Below are positions 47,541 to 57,141 of a stretch of DNA of 64,000 nucleotides, one piece after another. The stretch comes from an uncultured Actinomycetes bacterium. GTDB taxonomy: Bacteria; Actinomycetota; Thermoleophilia; RBG-16-64-13. Each line of letters opens with the position of its first letter. Positions within the stretch are counted from its first letter, which is position 1. The translations under genes were made by a program, and so were the position numbers. Where the stretch lies: positions 149,561-213,560 of the forward strand of contig CAVPLM010000008.1 of assembly GCA_963706025.1 (NCBI GenBank), read 5' to 3'. The notes beneath the pieces are model-generated. The model made no database searches. It saw only the letters and a program-made list of their open reading frames with translations, and was not told the origin of the DNA.

Positions 47541-48338
47541 ATGGGAGTGGAAGAGTTTGCTGCAGAGCGTCAGCCTGTGCCTGAAAACGTCGAGGCACGT
47601 TTTCGCAATCTGCGCTGGTGGAATATCGGAGTAGGCCTGTTCTTGGCCGTCCAGGCGGTGATAATCGCCGTTCTTTCCAATGATTTCGCAATACCTGTCG
47701 TGGCCACCTATATGGGCGGCCCGCCCGGGACGGAGCCGACCCTCCATAAGATCGGGGATTTCCCGCTGGGTTGGGGCGTTTTTGCCTTCATGGCCATATC
47801 GGCAGCAGCGTTACTCATCATCGCCTCGCCGGGCGTGTTCGGTTGGTACAAGCGCAATCTGCTCCAGAGCCGCAACTACGGACGATGGATTGAATACTCC
47901 ATCAGTTCCTCGATCATGATCGTGCTCATCGCCATGATCGTCGGCGCCACCGATCTCGCGGCGATGATCGCCATCTTCGGTGTGAATGCCTCCATGATCC
48001 TGTTCGGGCTCCTCATGGAGAAATACGAGAAGCCCGGCAAACCCAGTTGGCTGTCTTACTTGTTTGGGTGTTTCGCGGGGATCATCCCCTGGATAATCGT
48101 GCTCATCTATGTCTGGAGCCCGGGCTTCGGTGACCAGCAACCACCCGCCTTCGTCTACGGGATCATCTTCTCGCTGTTCGTGTTCTTCAACATATTCGCG
48201 GTCAACATGGTCCTCCAATACAAGCAGGTCGGCCGCTGGCGCGACTACATGTTCGGGGAGAAGGTCTACATCATCTTGAGCCTGACGGCCAAGGCGCTGC
48301 TCGCTTGGCAGGTGTTCTCGGCCACCCTGGCCGGCTAG
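47541..48338 (+). CDS. heR: Heliorhodopsin (HeR)
   Basis: NDFAIP...GPPGT, RNYGRWIEYSISSSIM, NASMILFG, PAFVYGIIFSLFVFFN and GEKVYIILSLTAK (retinal Lys251)ALLAWQVF. RBS GGGAGG. Confidence 0.95.
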   Translation: MGVEEFAAERQPVPENVEARFRNLRWWNIGVGLFLAVQAVIIAVLSNDFAIPVVATYMGGPPGTEPTLHKIGDFPLGWGVFAFMAISAAALLIIASPGVFGWYKRNLLQSRNYGRWIEYSISSSIMIVLIAMIVGATDLAAMIAIFGVNASMILFGLLMEKYEKPGKPSWLSYLFGCFAGIIPWIIVLIYVWSPGFGDQQPPAFVYGIIFSLFVFFNIFAVNMVLQYKQVGRWRDYMFGEKVYIILSLTAKALLAWQVFSATLAG

Positions 48339-48446
48339 ACCGGGGGCCAAACCGAGGTAGTGGTCGTAGGCCGGTGGAACGCCAGGCGCGCCGGTAGGTC
48401 GCTTCCAGGCCGCGGCCTCGATGGCCGGCCGACGACGGGAGGGTCG

Positions 48447-49832
48447 ATGGAACGGGTGCGCCCGTACGACGCCGTGATCATCGGGGCCGGGCAGGCCGGG
48501 GTGCCGCTGGCCAGGAGCCTCGCCCAGGCCGGGTGGCGCACGGCCCTCGCGGAAAGGTCGCATGTCGGCGGCACCTGCATAAACGAGGGCTGCACCCCCA
48601 CCAAGACCATGATCGCCTCGGCTCGGGTCGCGTATCTCGCCCGAAGAGCCTCCAGCTACGGCATAGCTACCGGCGAGGTCTCGGTGGATATGGTCGCCGT
48701 GCGACAGCGGAAGCGTGACCTGGTCGAAAGCTGGCGGAGTGGCAGCGAGCGGCGGCTTGCGAACACCGACAACCTCGATCTCCTCATGGGAGAGGCCGTC
48801 TTCCTCGGCCCCCATCGGCTGGAGATCCGCTCCGGCGATGCGACCCCGATCGTCGTCGAGGCCGACCACATCTTCATCAACACCGGATGCCGCCCGGCGC
48901 TACCTCCCCTGCCCGGCCTCGATGAAGTCCCCTATCTCACTTCGACCACCATCATGGAGCTCGACTCGATCCCCGAGCACCTGCTCATCTTGGGCGGAGG
49001 GTACGTGGCCGTGGAGTTTGCGCAGATGTTCCGGCGCTTCGGGAGCAGGGTGACCGTGATCCAGAGGCGAGAGCAACTTCTCCCCCGAGAGGATGCGGAT
49101 GTCGCGCAGGCTGTGGCCGCGATCCTGGAAGAGGACGGGGTGGAGCTCTTCCTCGAGGCAAATGCCCGTTCTGTGAAGGAGATCGCGGGCAGCGGAATGG
49201 AGCTGGAGATAGCGAGCCCGGCGGGCGCCACCCTGCTGGTTGGATCCCACCTGTTGGTGGCGACCGGACGGACCCCCAACACAGAGGCTCTTAATGCGGA
49301 GGCCGCCGGTCTGCGGGTCGATGAGAAGGGCTACCTGCCGGTGAACGAGCGGCTGGAGACCGAGGTCGACGGCATCTACGCCCTCGGCGACGTCAACGGA
49401 GGACCGGCGTTCACCCACGTCTCCTATGACGACTTCCGCATCGTCCGCGCCAACCTGCTCGAAGGAGGTCGGGCAGCCACCACGGACCGCCTCGTGCCCT
49501 ACGTGGTCTTCCTGGACCCTCAACTCGGACGAGTGGGGCTTAGCGAGCGCGAGGCAAGGGAGCGGGGATTCGACCTGCGAGTCATGAAGCTGCCGATGGA
49601 TTATGTGGCGCGCGCTTTGGAGATCGATGAGTCGCGCGGGTTCGTGAAAGTCGTAGTCGACAACGCGGACGACCATATCCTCGGCTGCGCTGTGCTGGGC
49701 GTCGAGGGCGGTGAGATCATGTCCGTCATACAGGTGGCGATGATGGGAGGGCTGACCGCATCCCGGCTCCGCGACGCGGTATTCGCCCACCCGACGCTGG
49801 CCGAATCCTTGAACAACCTTTTCGCAGGATAG
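48447..49832 (+). CDS. Pyridine nucleotide-disulfide oxidoreductase (RclA/YkgC-like, often annotated mercuric reductase)
   Basis: GAGQAG, GGTCINEGCTPTK, GDVNGGPAFTH, HPTLAESLNNLF. It lacks the C-terminal Cys-Cys of MerA. Confidence 0.88.
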   Translation: MERVRPYDAVIIGAGQAGVPLARSLAQAGWRTALAERSHVGGTCINEGCTPTKTMIASARVAYLARRASSYGIATGEVSVDMVAVRQRKRDLVESWRSGSERRLANTDNLDLLMGEAVFLGPHRLEIRSGDATPIVVEADHIFINTGCRPALPPLPGLDEVPYLTSTTIMELDSIPEHLLILGGGYVAVEFAQMFRRFGSRVTVIQRREQLLPREDADVAQAVAAILEEDGVELFLEANARSVKEIAGSGMELEIASPAGATLLVGSHLLVATGRTPNTEALNAEAAGLRVDEKGYLPVNERLETEVDGIYALGDVNGGPAFTHVSYDDFRIVRANLLEGGRAATTDRLVPYVVFLDPQLGRVGLSEREARERGFDLRVMKLPMDYVARALEIDESRGFVKVVVDNADDHILGCAVLGVEGGEIMSVIQVAMMGGLTASRLRDAVFAHPTLAESLNNLFAG

Positions 49833-49861
49833 TCGCGTCAAGTGCAGGGAGCATGAGCGGG

Positions 49862-49887
49862 GTTCAAGATGGGCGCCAGCTGGGAAC
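49862..49887 (+). promoter_or_regulatory. sigmaB/sigmaF-type promoter of the osmoprotectant operon (weak match)
   Basis: GTTC-N16-GGGAAC, 40 nt upstream of ATG 49928. Confidence 0.4.
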
Positions 49888-49927
49888 TAACAAACGGTTC
49901 AGCAAGCAAGTGAGGGGTGACTTCATC

Positions 49928-50906
49928 ATGAAGAGAACGATCGCACTGGTCCTGTTTGTGATTCTGGCACTGGCGTTGACGACCGGCGCTCGCCGCCTGC
50001 GGCGGGGACGAACCGGCCGAGGAGTCGAGCACTACCGCCTCCTCTGCCGTCGCCGGGCCCGTAGTCCGCGTGGGTTCGCTCCTCGACGCCGAGGGCACGC
50101 TGCTCGGTTCGATGGTCATCCAGATGCTGGAGGCGAACGGCATCAAGACCGAGGACAAGACCAAGCTCGGCACCCCCGAAGTGGTGCGGGCCGCACTCGT
50201 GGGCGGAGAGATAGACGCCACCATCGACTACACCGGGTCCGGACAGTACTACCACGAGGGCGAAGAGGGAGACCCGAAGTGGAAGAACGCCGACGAGGCA
50301 TACGCGGCTATCAAGCAGCTCGACAAGGACGTGAACGATATCGACTGGCTGACCCCCGCTCCCGCCAACAACAGCGAGTTCATCGCCACTACCAGGGCGC
50401 TCGCCGAGGCTGAGTCGATCACGACCATGGAGGACTTCGCCAAGTACGTGAACGGCGGCGGCACGGTCAAGCTGATCGCGGCCCAGACCTTCATCGACAA
50501 CCCCTTGGGCCTCAAGGGCTACGAGGAGGCCTACGGGTTCACCCTCACCAACGACCAGCTCATCGCCCTCTCGACCGGCAATACCGCAGAGATGCTGTCC
50601 GCGCTTGCCAAAGGCACCGACGACGTCAACTTCTCCCTTGCCTACGGCACCGATGGGCAGCTCAACGAACTCGACCTCGTCATCCTCACCGATACCAAGG
50701 ATGTCCCACCGGTGTACGAGCCCGCCCCGGTCTTCAGGGGAGAGATCATCGCGGCATATCCGCAGATCGAAGCCATCCTGAAGCCGGTGTTCCTCAGCCT
50801 CGATCAGGCCAAGCTGCAGGAGCTGAACGCCCGTATCGCCTTCGGCGGTGAAGATCCCCGGGCCGTAGCCACCTCCTACCTGGAGGCTAATGGGTTCCTC
50901 GAATAG
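49928..50906 (+). CDS. Osmoprotectant ABC transporter substrate-binding lipoprotein (OsmF/YehZ-like); +1 frameshift near 49984
   Basis: The signal MKRTIALVLFVILALAL joins the lipobox LAAC after removing 1 nt. Motifs DYTGS, WLTPAPANN, AYGTDG, PVYEPAP, LQELNA. Confidence 0.88.
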
Positions 50907-52236
50907 ACTCGGCCGCGGCCTCGGCCGGGGCGGGAGGCCCGCTGGGGCCGGGCGGGCCCGAGTTGGGCGGGCCCGAGTTGGGCGGACCAGCGCTGGGCGG
51001 GCGAACGCTGGGCGCGCGAATGCCATCATCAGCGTCACAGGCGGGCTGATCGGAGCCCTCGCGCTCGGTTTCGCGCCTTTTGTCTCGTTCCGGCCCAACC
51101 GCATCGTCGAGGGCGATCCAGCCTCGGCGGTGAGCGCCCTCGGGTTTGCGGGCTGGGTCGCGCTGGTCCTGATGCTGCTGGCCGGTCTGGCGGCGCCGGC
51201 CCTCTGGAGCGGCCGGCGCGAGAGAAAGGCGGGCGAGAAAGGCATTCGGACCCGAGTCCGCGGCTTCTCCGGGGTGGTTCGAGGGCTGCTCGCCACAGCC
51301 GCCCTGCTGCTTCTGCTTGCGCAGACGGGAGCCGCGGCTTCCGAGTTCGCCGCCGGGCAGAGCCCGGCGGCGCGCACCTCGTTCGGGTGGGGCTTCTACG
51401 TGTTCCTTTTCGCCCTGTTCCTTGTCCTCTACGCCGCCTCAGCCGATACTCCGAGCCGGTCGGGCCGGATCGTCATAGGGCTGGCGCCGCTTCTGGGCAT
51501 GGTGTTGCTGGCTGCCTTCGGCGCGCTGGGTGAGCTCGGGATCGTGAGAGAGTGGTCCCTGACGCGGGATACCTTCGTGCCCGAGCTGACCAGACACCTG
51601 TTCTACGCGTTGGGGGCGACCATCGGTGCGATCATCTTCGGGGTGCCCCTGGGCATCTGGGCGGCCCGGAGCAAGAAGGCCGAGACCGTCATCATGGGAG
51701 CCTTGAGTCTCGGACAGGTACTGCCGGTTCTCGCTTTCGTCGGCATCATGATCCCCATCCTGGGGTCTCTCAGCGATCGGGTGCCTCCACTCGAGACCCT
51801 GGGCATCTCCGGCATCGGTTGGGCGCCGGTCATGGTGGTCCTGTTCATATACGCCCTCTTCCCGGTGACCCGGAACACGCTCGTCGCCATCCAACAGTTG
51901 GACCCCGGGTGGCTCGACTCCGCCAAGGGAATGGGCATGAGCCGGTGGCGCTCGCTCAAAGAGGTGGAGCTCCCCCTGGCCTTCCCAGTGGTGCTCGCCG
52001 GGATCCGGATCGCCCTCGTCCAGAGCACGGCGGGAGCGATCATCGCGGCCTTCGTCGGGGGAGGCGGCCTGGGCACCATCATGTTCATGGGCCTGGAGCA
52101 GACGAGCATGGACCTGGTGTTGGTGGGAGTGATCCCCATCGTGGTCCTGGCGTTGTTCTTCGACACGCTGCTCCGGGGCGTCGAGCGCCTGAGCGCCGGT
52201 GGACGACAGATCGACACGGACCTGAGCGGCGCATGA
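50890..52236 (+). CDS. Osmoprotectant ABC permease (YehY-like)
   Basis: RPNRIVEG, GISGIGWAP, EAA-like DSAKGMGM, VGGGGLG. Confidence 0.9.
   Translation: MGSSNRLGRGLGRGGRPAGAGRARVGRARVGRTSAGRANAGRANAIISVTGGLIGALALGFAPFVSFRPNRIVEGDPASAVSALGFAGWVALVLMLLAGLAAPALWSGRRERKAGEKGIRTRVRGFSGVVRGLLATAALLLLLAQTGAAASEFAAGQSPAARTSFGWGFYVFLFALFLVLYAASADTPSRSGRIVIGLAPLLGMVLLAAFGALGELGIVREWSLTRDTFVPELTRHLFYALGATIGAIIFGVPLGIWAARSKKAETVIMGALSLGQVLPVLAFVGIMIPILGSLSDRVPPLETLGISGIGWAPVMVVLFIYALFPVTRNTLVAIQQLDPGWLDSAKGMGMSRWRSLKEVELPLAFPVVLAGIRIALVQSTAGAIIAAFVGGGGLGTIMFMGLEQTSMDLVLVGVIPIVVLALFFDTLLRGVERLSAGGRQIDTDLSGA
50950..51024 (+). repeat. 5 x 15-bp in-frame tandem repeat (GRARV/GRANA)
   Basis: GGGCGGGCCCGAGTT twice, then three diverged copies. 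Confidence 0.85.
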
Positions 52237-53171
52237 TCGAGCTTCGAAACGTCACCAAGCGGTTTGGAGAGACCGTCGCGGTCGATGGTGTGTCGCTGAC
52301 GATCCCCGACGGAGAGCTGACCATCGTGCTCGGACCGAGCGGGTGCGGTAAGACCACGCTCCTACGCGCCATCAACCGCATGGTCGAGATCGACGCAGGC
52401 GAGGTGCTCATCGATGGTCGCTCCATCACCACCGTCGCGCCGGAGGAGTTACGGCGTCACATCGGTTACGCCATCCAGAGCGTGGGCCTCTTCCCCCACA
52501 TGTCGGTGGGGCGGAACATCGCCACCGTCCCCCGGCTCCTACGCTGGGACGCAGACCGGATCGAAAAGCGGGTCGCCGAACTGCTCGAACTCGTGGGGCT
52601 CGATCCGGCCGTGTACGCGGAAAAACGGCCGAGCGAGCTCTCCGGAGGCGAGGCGCAGCGCGTCGGGGTCGCCCGATCTCTGGCAGCCGATCCGCCGGTG
52701 CTGCTCATGGACGAGCCCTTCGGGGCACTCGACCCCATAAGCAGGGAACGGCTCCAGCGCGAGTTCGCAGACCTGCACCGCCGGCTGGGAAAGACGGTGG
52801 TCTTCGTCACCCATGACATCGAGGAGGCGGTCATCCTGGGCGACCGCATCGTGCTCATGCGGGACGGCCGCATCGTCCAGGTAGGGGCGCCGGAGGAGTT
52901 GTGGCTCACTCCAGACCAGCAGTTCGTCCGTGACTTCTTCGGGGATGAGTTCGGACTGCGCATACTCTCGCGGCACCGGGTCTCGGACCTGACACTTGGG
53001 CCTGCACCAACGGGTGAAGCCCCTCGGGTCCTTCCCGAGACCAACCTGCGCGACGTCCTTGCCATCATGGTCCTCGAAAGCGCCGACCAGGTCGCAGTCG
53101 TCACCGATGGGCAGGTGACCGGCGGGCTCACCTTCTGCGAAGTCGTGACGCAGGTGAGGCGGGCTTCATGA
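52233..53171 (+). CDS. Osmoprotectant ABC ATP-binding protein (YehX/OpuA-like)
   Basis: ATGA overlap start MIELRNV, GPSGCGKTT, LSGGEAQR, MDEPFGALD. Confidence 0.93.
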   Translation: MIELRNVTKRFGETVAVDGVSLTIPDGELTIVLGPSGCGKTTLLRAINRMVEIDAGEVLIDGRSITTVAPEELRRHIGYAIQSVGLFPHMSVGRNIATVPRLLRWDADRIEKRVAELLELVGLDPAVYAEKRPSELSGGEAQRVGVARSLAADPPVLLMDEPFGALDPISRERLQREFADLHRRLGKTVVFVTHDIEEAVILGDRIVLMRDGRIVQVGAPEELWLTPDQQFVRDFFGDEFGLRILSRHRVSDLTLGPAPTGEAPRVLPETNLRDVLAIMVLESADQVAVVTDGQVTGGLTFCEVVTQVRRAS

Positions 53172-53884
53172 CCACGTATACCCCCGGGATCCGGCGGAAC
53201 TGGCGGAGCGTTTCGGTGATGGTGCTGTTTCTGCTGGTCTGGACGTTCTACACTCCTGGGGTGGAGCGGCTGCTGGGATTGTTCTTTCCGAACGAAGATC
53301 CGCTCGTGTACGACCGCTCGCCTCTGTGGACCTTCCTACTGGAGCACCTCGTGTTGGTCGCCATCGGGGGCGTCGTCGCGATCGTCATCGGCGTGGCGGC
53401 CGGGATATTCATCATGAGCCCGCTCGGACGGCCGTTCCGTGACCTGGTGCTCCGAATCGCCAATTTTGGGCAGTCGATACCTTCGGTGGCCATCATGGCC
53501 ATCGCCGTCCCGGCCATAGGTTATGGCTCCGAGCCGGTCCTCCTAGCTCTGATCATCTACAGCATCCTGCCGGTGATGGTGAACGTGGTGGCCGGCATCA
53601 CCGGGGTGCCGCAGGCCGTGGTCGAAGCCGGCAAGGGCATGGGCATGACCCGAAGGGAGGGATTGCTCCAGCTCGAGCTGCCGCTGGCCCTGCCCGTCAT
53701 CATGACCGGGGTGCGGACCATGCTGGTCATCCTCGTGAGCGCCGCGACCCTGGGAGCGGTGGTGGGGGCCGGCGGTCTGGGAGTCCCCATAATGTCGGGG
53801 ATCGGCTCGTTCAACAACGCCATCGTGGCATACGGGGCGGTCCCGGCCATCCTGTTGGCCCTTATCTTCGACCGGGCGCTCTAG
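53168..53884 (+). CDS. Osmoprotectant ABC permease (YehW-like)
   Basis: GQSIPSVA, EAGKGMGM, GAGGLG. Confidence 0.92.
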   Translation: MTTYTPGIRRNWRSVSVMVLFLLVWTFYTPGVERLLGLFFPNEDPLVYDRSPLWTFLLEHLVLVAIGGVVAIVIGVAAGIFIMSPLGRPFRDLVLRIANFGQSIPSVAIMAIAVPAIGYGSEPVLLALIIYSILPVMVNVVAGITGVPQAVVEAGKGMGMTRREGLLQLELPLALPVIMTGVRTMLVILVSAATLGAVVGAGGLGVPIMSGIGSFNNAIVAYGAVPAILLALIFDRAL

Positions 53885-53927
53885 GTCGACCGGCGCTCAG
53901 GCCGGACGCCCAGCCCCAGCCATTAGG

Positions 53928-56119
53928 TCAGACCCACTCCCGCGGGATCGTGTGGGTCCGCGTCTTGGTGAGGACCAGGTGCCTCGGCCTCGTAGGCGGA
54001 GTACTCCTCCTTCACGTAGAAGCTCCGCTCGTCGCAGGTCATCTCGCCGGCGATCGTCACCCGCCAATCCACCCCGGAGCCTGCCGAGCGCGTCTCCCGC
54101 TCGCAGCGGACCGTCGCCGACAAGGGCTCGTCCTCGACGATGGCGAATACGTCCGTGGCCAAATCCGTGTAGCGAGCACCGGTGGCCGGGATGATGCGCT
54201 CGTGCTCCTCGTGATCGACGATCTCGTGGCGCCGGCTCACACCGTCGACCGTGATCGTCCGCGACCGCTCGTCGCGACGAGCGTCCTGCGGGTCCGCGGC
54301 CCCGACGCCAGTCCCGCCGCCGAGTCCGGCCACTTCCGCGGCAGCGAACGCCGGCACCGCTTCATCCGCCCGCTCGGCGCCCTCTGCCGGCTCCTGTCTC
54401 CTGACCGGCAGATCCAGCGTGCTCGGGCCGTCGACCGCGAGCTTCAACTCGACCGGCTCTGGAGAAGGCCAGGCATGAGGCCAGTACGTGGGTGAAAGTG
54501 CCAGCCGGATGCGATGGCCGACATCGAAGCGGTGCCCGCAGACGCGGGATTCGACCGCGACGTCATACCAGCGGCCCGGGTCCAGAGGCCTCGGGGCTTC
54601 GTGGCTGTCGCGATGAGTCAGGTTCAGCATGCCCCAGCTCACCAGCAGCGACGCCCCGTCCGGCGCGACGTCCTCCAGCCGGACGGCGACGAGCGCGCAG
54701 GGGCGGTCTACACTCAGGCGTAGTCGCGCCAGCGGGAAACCAAGGACCTCGACAGGTGTCTCCAGCGGCGCTGTGGTGAAGCAGAGGGAGCGCGCGTCAT
54801 CCGGCGATTGGTCGCCGGCGATCTCGTCGGGGTTGCCGTTGGCGCACCACACACCGGCTGTTTCGCCGCATTCCTGCCGGCCGCGGATCGCGACCTCGGA
54901 GAATCGGACACCCGCCGGGGCCGCCAAGGGCCCAGGTCGCCGCCGAGAACCGCCCGGGGTGGCGGCGCCCGCGCCGGAGCAATGACCCGGCTGGTGATCT
55001 GGGCGTCCGCGGCGCCCCGGGCGGCGCCCGGAGTCGCCGCCGGGCGCGAGAACCCCGTCGCTCCTCAGTACAGGAGGGACATGGGTCCGACCGTCGCCGG
55101 CGGCCACGAAGCCTCACCGATCCAGCGGCCGGGTCGCATCGAGTGAAACGTGGCCGGGGTCACGTACTCCTGCATCCATATCCTCACACGCGGCCCGTCC
55201 ATGATGCCCGAGTCGATCCCCTTGAGCCACTGGTCCCACCATCGCACCGCTTCCTGCAGGAAGCCGATGGCCGGACCTGGCACTCCTTCATAGGGCATCA
55301 TGTGACCCCAGGGACCGATCAGACCCAGTCGGGGGACCGTCAGATGCTCGAGAAGCCGAGGTACCGCGTTGGTGTAGGCGTCGGCCCAGCCGCCGACGAC
55401 CATGACCGGGCACCGAATCGCGCCGTAGTCCTCCGCCACCGAGCCGTGCTTCCAGAACGCATCCTTGAGCTGATGCGATACCCAGTCGCCTGCCAACTCC
55501 GGCGCATTCTCGAGACGGTCGAGCCACATCTCGCGCCAGCGCTCGCCCACGAAACGGGGGTCCGGCGGTTGCAGCGTGTAGCAGAGCATCGAAGAAGCCC
55601 ACTTGAGCATGTCCGAACCCAGCAGGCACCCGCCCATGTAATGGCAGTCGTCCAGGTAGCGGTCATCGGTGGAGGCGATCGTGATGACGGCCTTGAGCTG
55701 CGGCGGACGGCGGGCTGCCACCTGCAGGCCGTTGAAGCCACCCCAGGAGTACCCGATCATACCCACGTCACCGGTGCACCAGGGCTGGTCCGCCAGCCAT
55801 CCCAGGACCTCGAGGGCGTCGTCCTGCTCCTGCGCAGATACTCGCCCCGCAGCAGCCCGTCTGAGTCACCGGTCCCCCGCAGGTCTACCCGGACCGCCGC
55901 GTAGCCGCACCCGGCGAAGTAGGGGTGACGCTGGGCGTCGGCCACGGCAGTGGCGTCGTCCTTACGATAGGGGAGATACTCCAGAACGGCCGGCACCGGG
56001 GATCGGAGGGCGTCTACCGGCATCCAGACACGTGCAGCCAGACGAGTCCCATCCCGGAGCGGGATCCACGCATTCTCGATCTCTCGAATCTGGTAGGGGA
56101 AAGCCGTCCTTGCCTGCAT
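53928..56119 (-). CDS. CocE/NonD family hydrolase, with apparent frameshifts near 55832, 55072 and 53980
   Basis: WIPLRDGTRLAARVW, EYLPYRK, VDLRGTGDS, GYSWGG, GGWADAY, IGPWGH, GMLNLTHR, YWPHAWPSP. The shifted C-terminus reads THTIPREWV. Confidence 0.85.
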
Positions 56120-56141
56120 GGCAAGCAGTGTTCCCCATCCG

Positions 56142-56169
56142 TCCGGCGGTCACACTCCGGCGGTCACAC
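56142..56169. repeat. 14-bp tandem duplication upstream of the CocE/NonD gene
   Basis: TCCGGCGGTCACAC twice. Confidence 0.7.
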
Positions 56170-56236
56170 TCGATATCTCGAGATCATCGCCCTGGCGGCG
56201 CCGGCGGAAACGATGAGCTTTGGCTCGCGGGGGTGA

Positions 56237-56968
56237 CTACTGCCAGTCGATCGAAGCGTCGAGAATCGCTTTGGCGTCGTTCTCCTCGGAGCGGTAGAGC
56301 TGCTTGGAGTCGGGCTGGCGACCGCGACGGTCGTCGACTTCGGCGCTCATCGCCCGCCACAGGCATACATCGTTCTTGAGGTGCTTGGCCTTGATCTCCG
56401 GAGAGCACTCCTCGCTCAGAGGGCACGCGTAGCATATTTCCTCACCCACGACGATCGCACGCTTACGCGCGCACTCGCCCTCGTCGATGCGCCGTTGCGC
56501 CTGGGCGAGAAGCTCATGCACGTCACCCTGGATCGCGACCTCGAAGTGAGGCATCTGCTCGGGTTCGTCGTAGATGAAGACGCCGTTCTGCCAATGGGCA
56601 AGCTCGAACACCAGGTCGTGCGTCTGCCAACGCATGACCTCGCAGATCTCCATTTCGCTCGCGAGCCCCTTCTCGACAAGGCGCTGCCCGAGCGGCTTCC
56701 CCCTCTTCTCTTCGTGGGTCAGCGCCGCATCCTCCATGAGAACCTCAGCCAACTGCTGCAGGCTCAGACAGCCCACCTCTACGAGGCGCCTTCCCAGCTT
56801 CTCGTCGCTGATGGGCAACGATATCCCTTCCACCCGGCCGTCGACCAGGTAGATGAACCCGTACTCCTCGAAATCGTGGACCTCGAGAACGCCCGTGGCC
56901 TCGTTCTGGGCAAGGAACTGCAAGACACTCGTCAGTTTGAACCTTTGGATCGATCCCTCGAGTAGCAT
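56237..56968 (-). CDS. DUF4388 (PATAN-like) domain protein with Cys-containing C-terminus
   Basis: LEGSIQRFKLTSVLQFLAQNEATGVL, GFIYLVDG, KLGRRLV, WQNGVF; then CYACP...C...C. Confidence 0.85.
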   Translation of the reverse strand: MLLEGSIQRFKLTSVLQFLAQNEATGVLEVHDFEEYGFIYLVDGRVEGISLPISDEKLGRRLVEVGCLSLQQLAEVLMEDAALTHEEKRGKPLGQRLVEKGLASEMEICEVMRWQTHDLVFELAHWQNGVFIYDEPEQMPHFEVAIQGDVHELLAQAQRRIDEGECARKRAIVVGEEICYACPLSEECSPEIKAKHLKNDVCLWRAMSAEVDDRRGRQPDSKQLYRSEENDAKAILDASIDWQ

Positions 56969-57004
56969 CGCCGTGCCTCCGTAGGCTTTCACCTTCTCTT
57001 CGGC

Positions 57005-57033
57005 TTATCGGCAGTATGCAGGGAGAGGCTTAG
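57005..57033 (-). promoter_or_regulatory. sigma28 (FliA/SigD/WhiG)-type promoter
   Basis: CTAAG-N16-GCCGATAA, 36 nt upstream of the DUF4388 ATG. Confidence 0.65.
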
Positions 57034-57141
57034 CCGGCCAAGCCACGCGGCTCGGCAGGGGATCTCTACGAGAGTGGGTCGCACGACCGGCCTGGTGACG
57101 TCACCCCCACTTCACTCGAAGCGACCAAGCTGTCAAAGTAG

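Noticed and set aside
48447-49832. Mercuric reductase (merA) / mercury resistance
   Set aside because: It has no C-terminal Cys-Cys pair, no NmerA domain and no mer genes nearby. It fits the RclA/YkgC-like group better.
55065-55067. TGA in the CocE/NonD gene as selenocysteine
   Set aside because: Homology continues in a different frame, so it is a frameshift, and the position is not a catalytic Cys.
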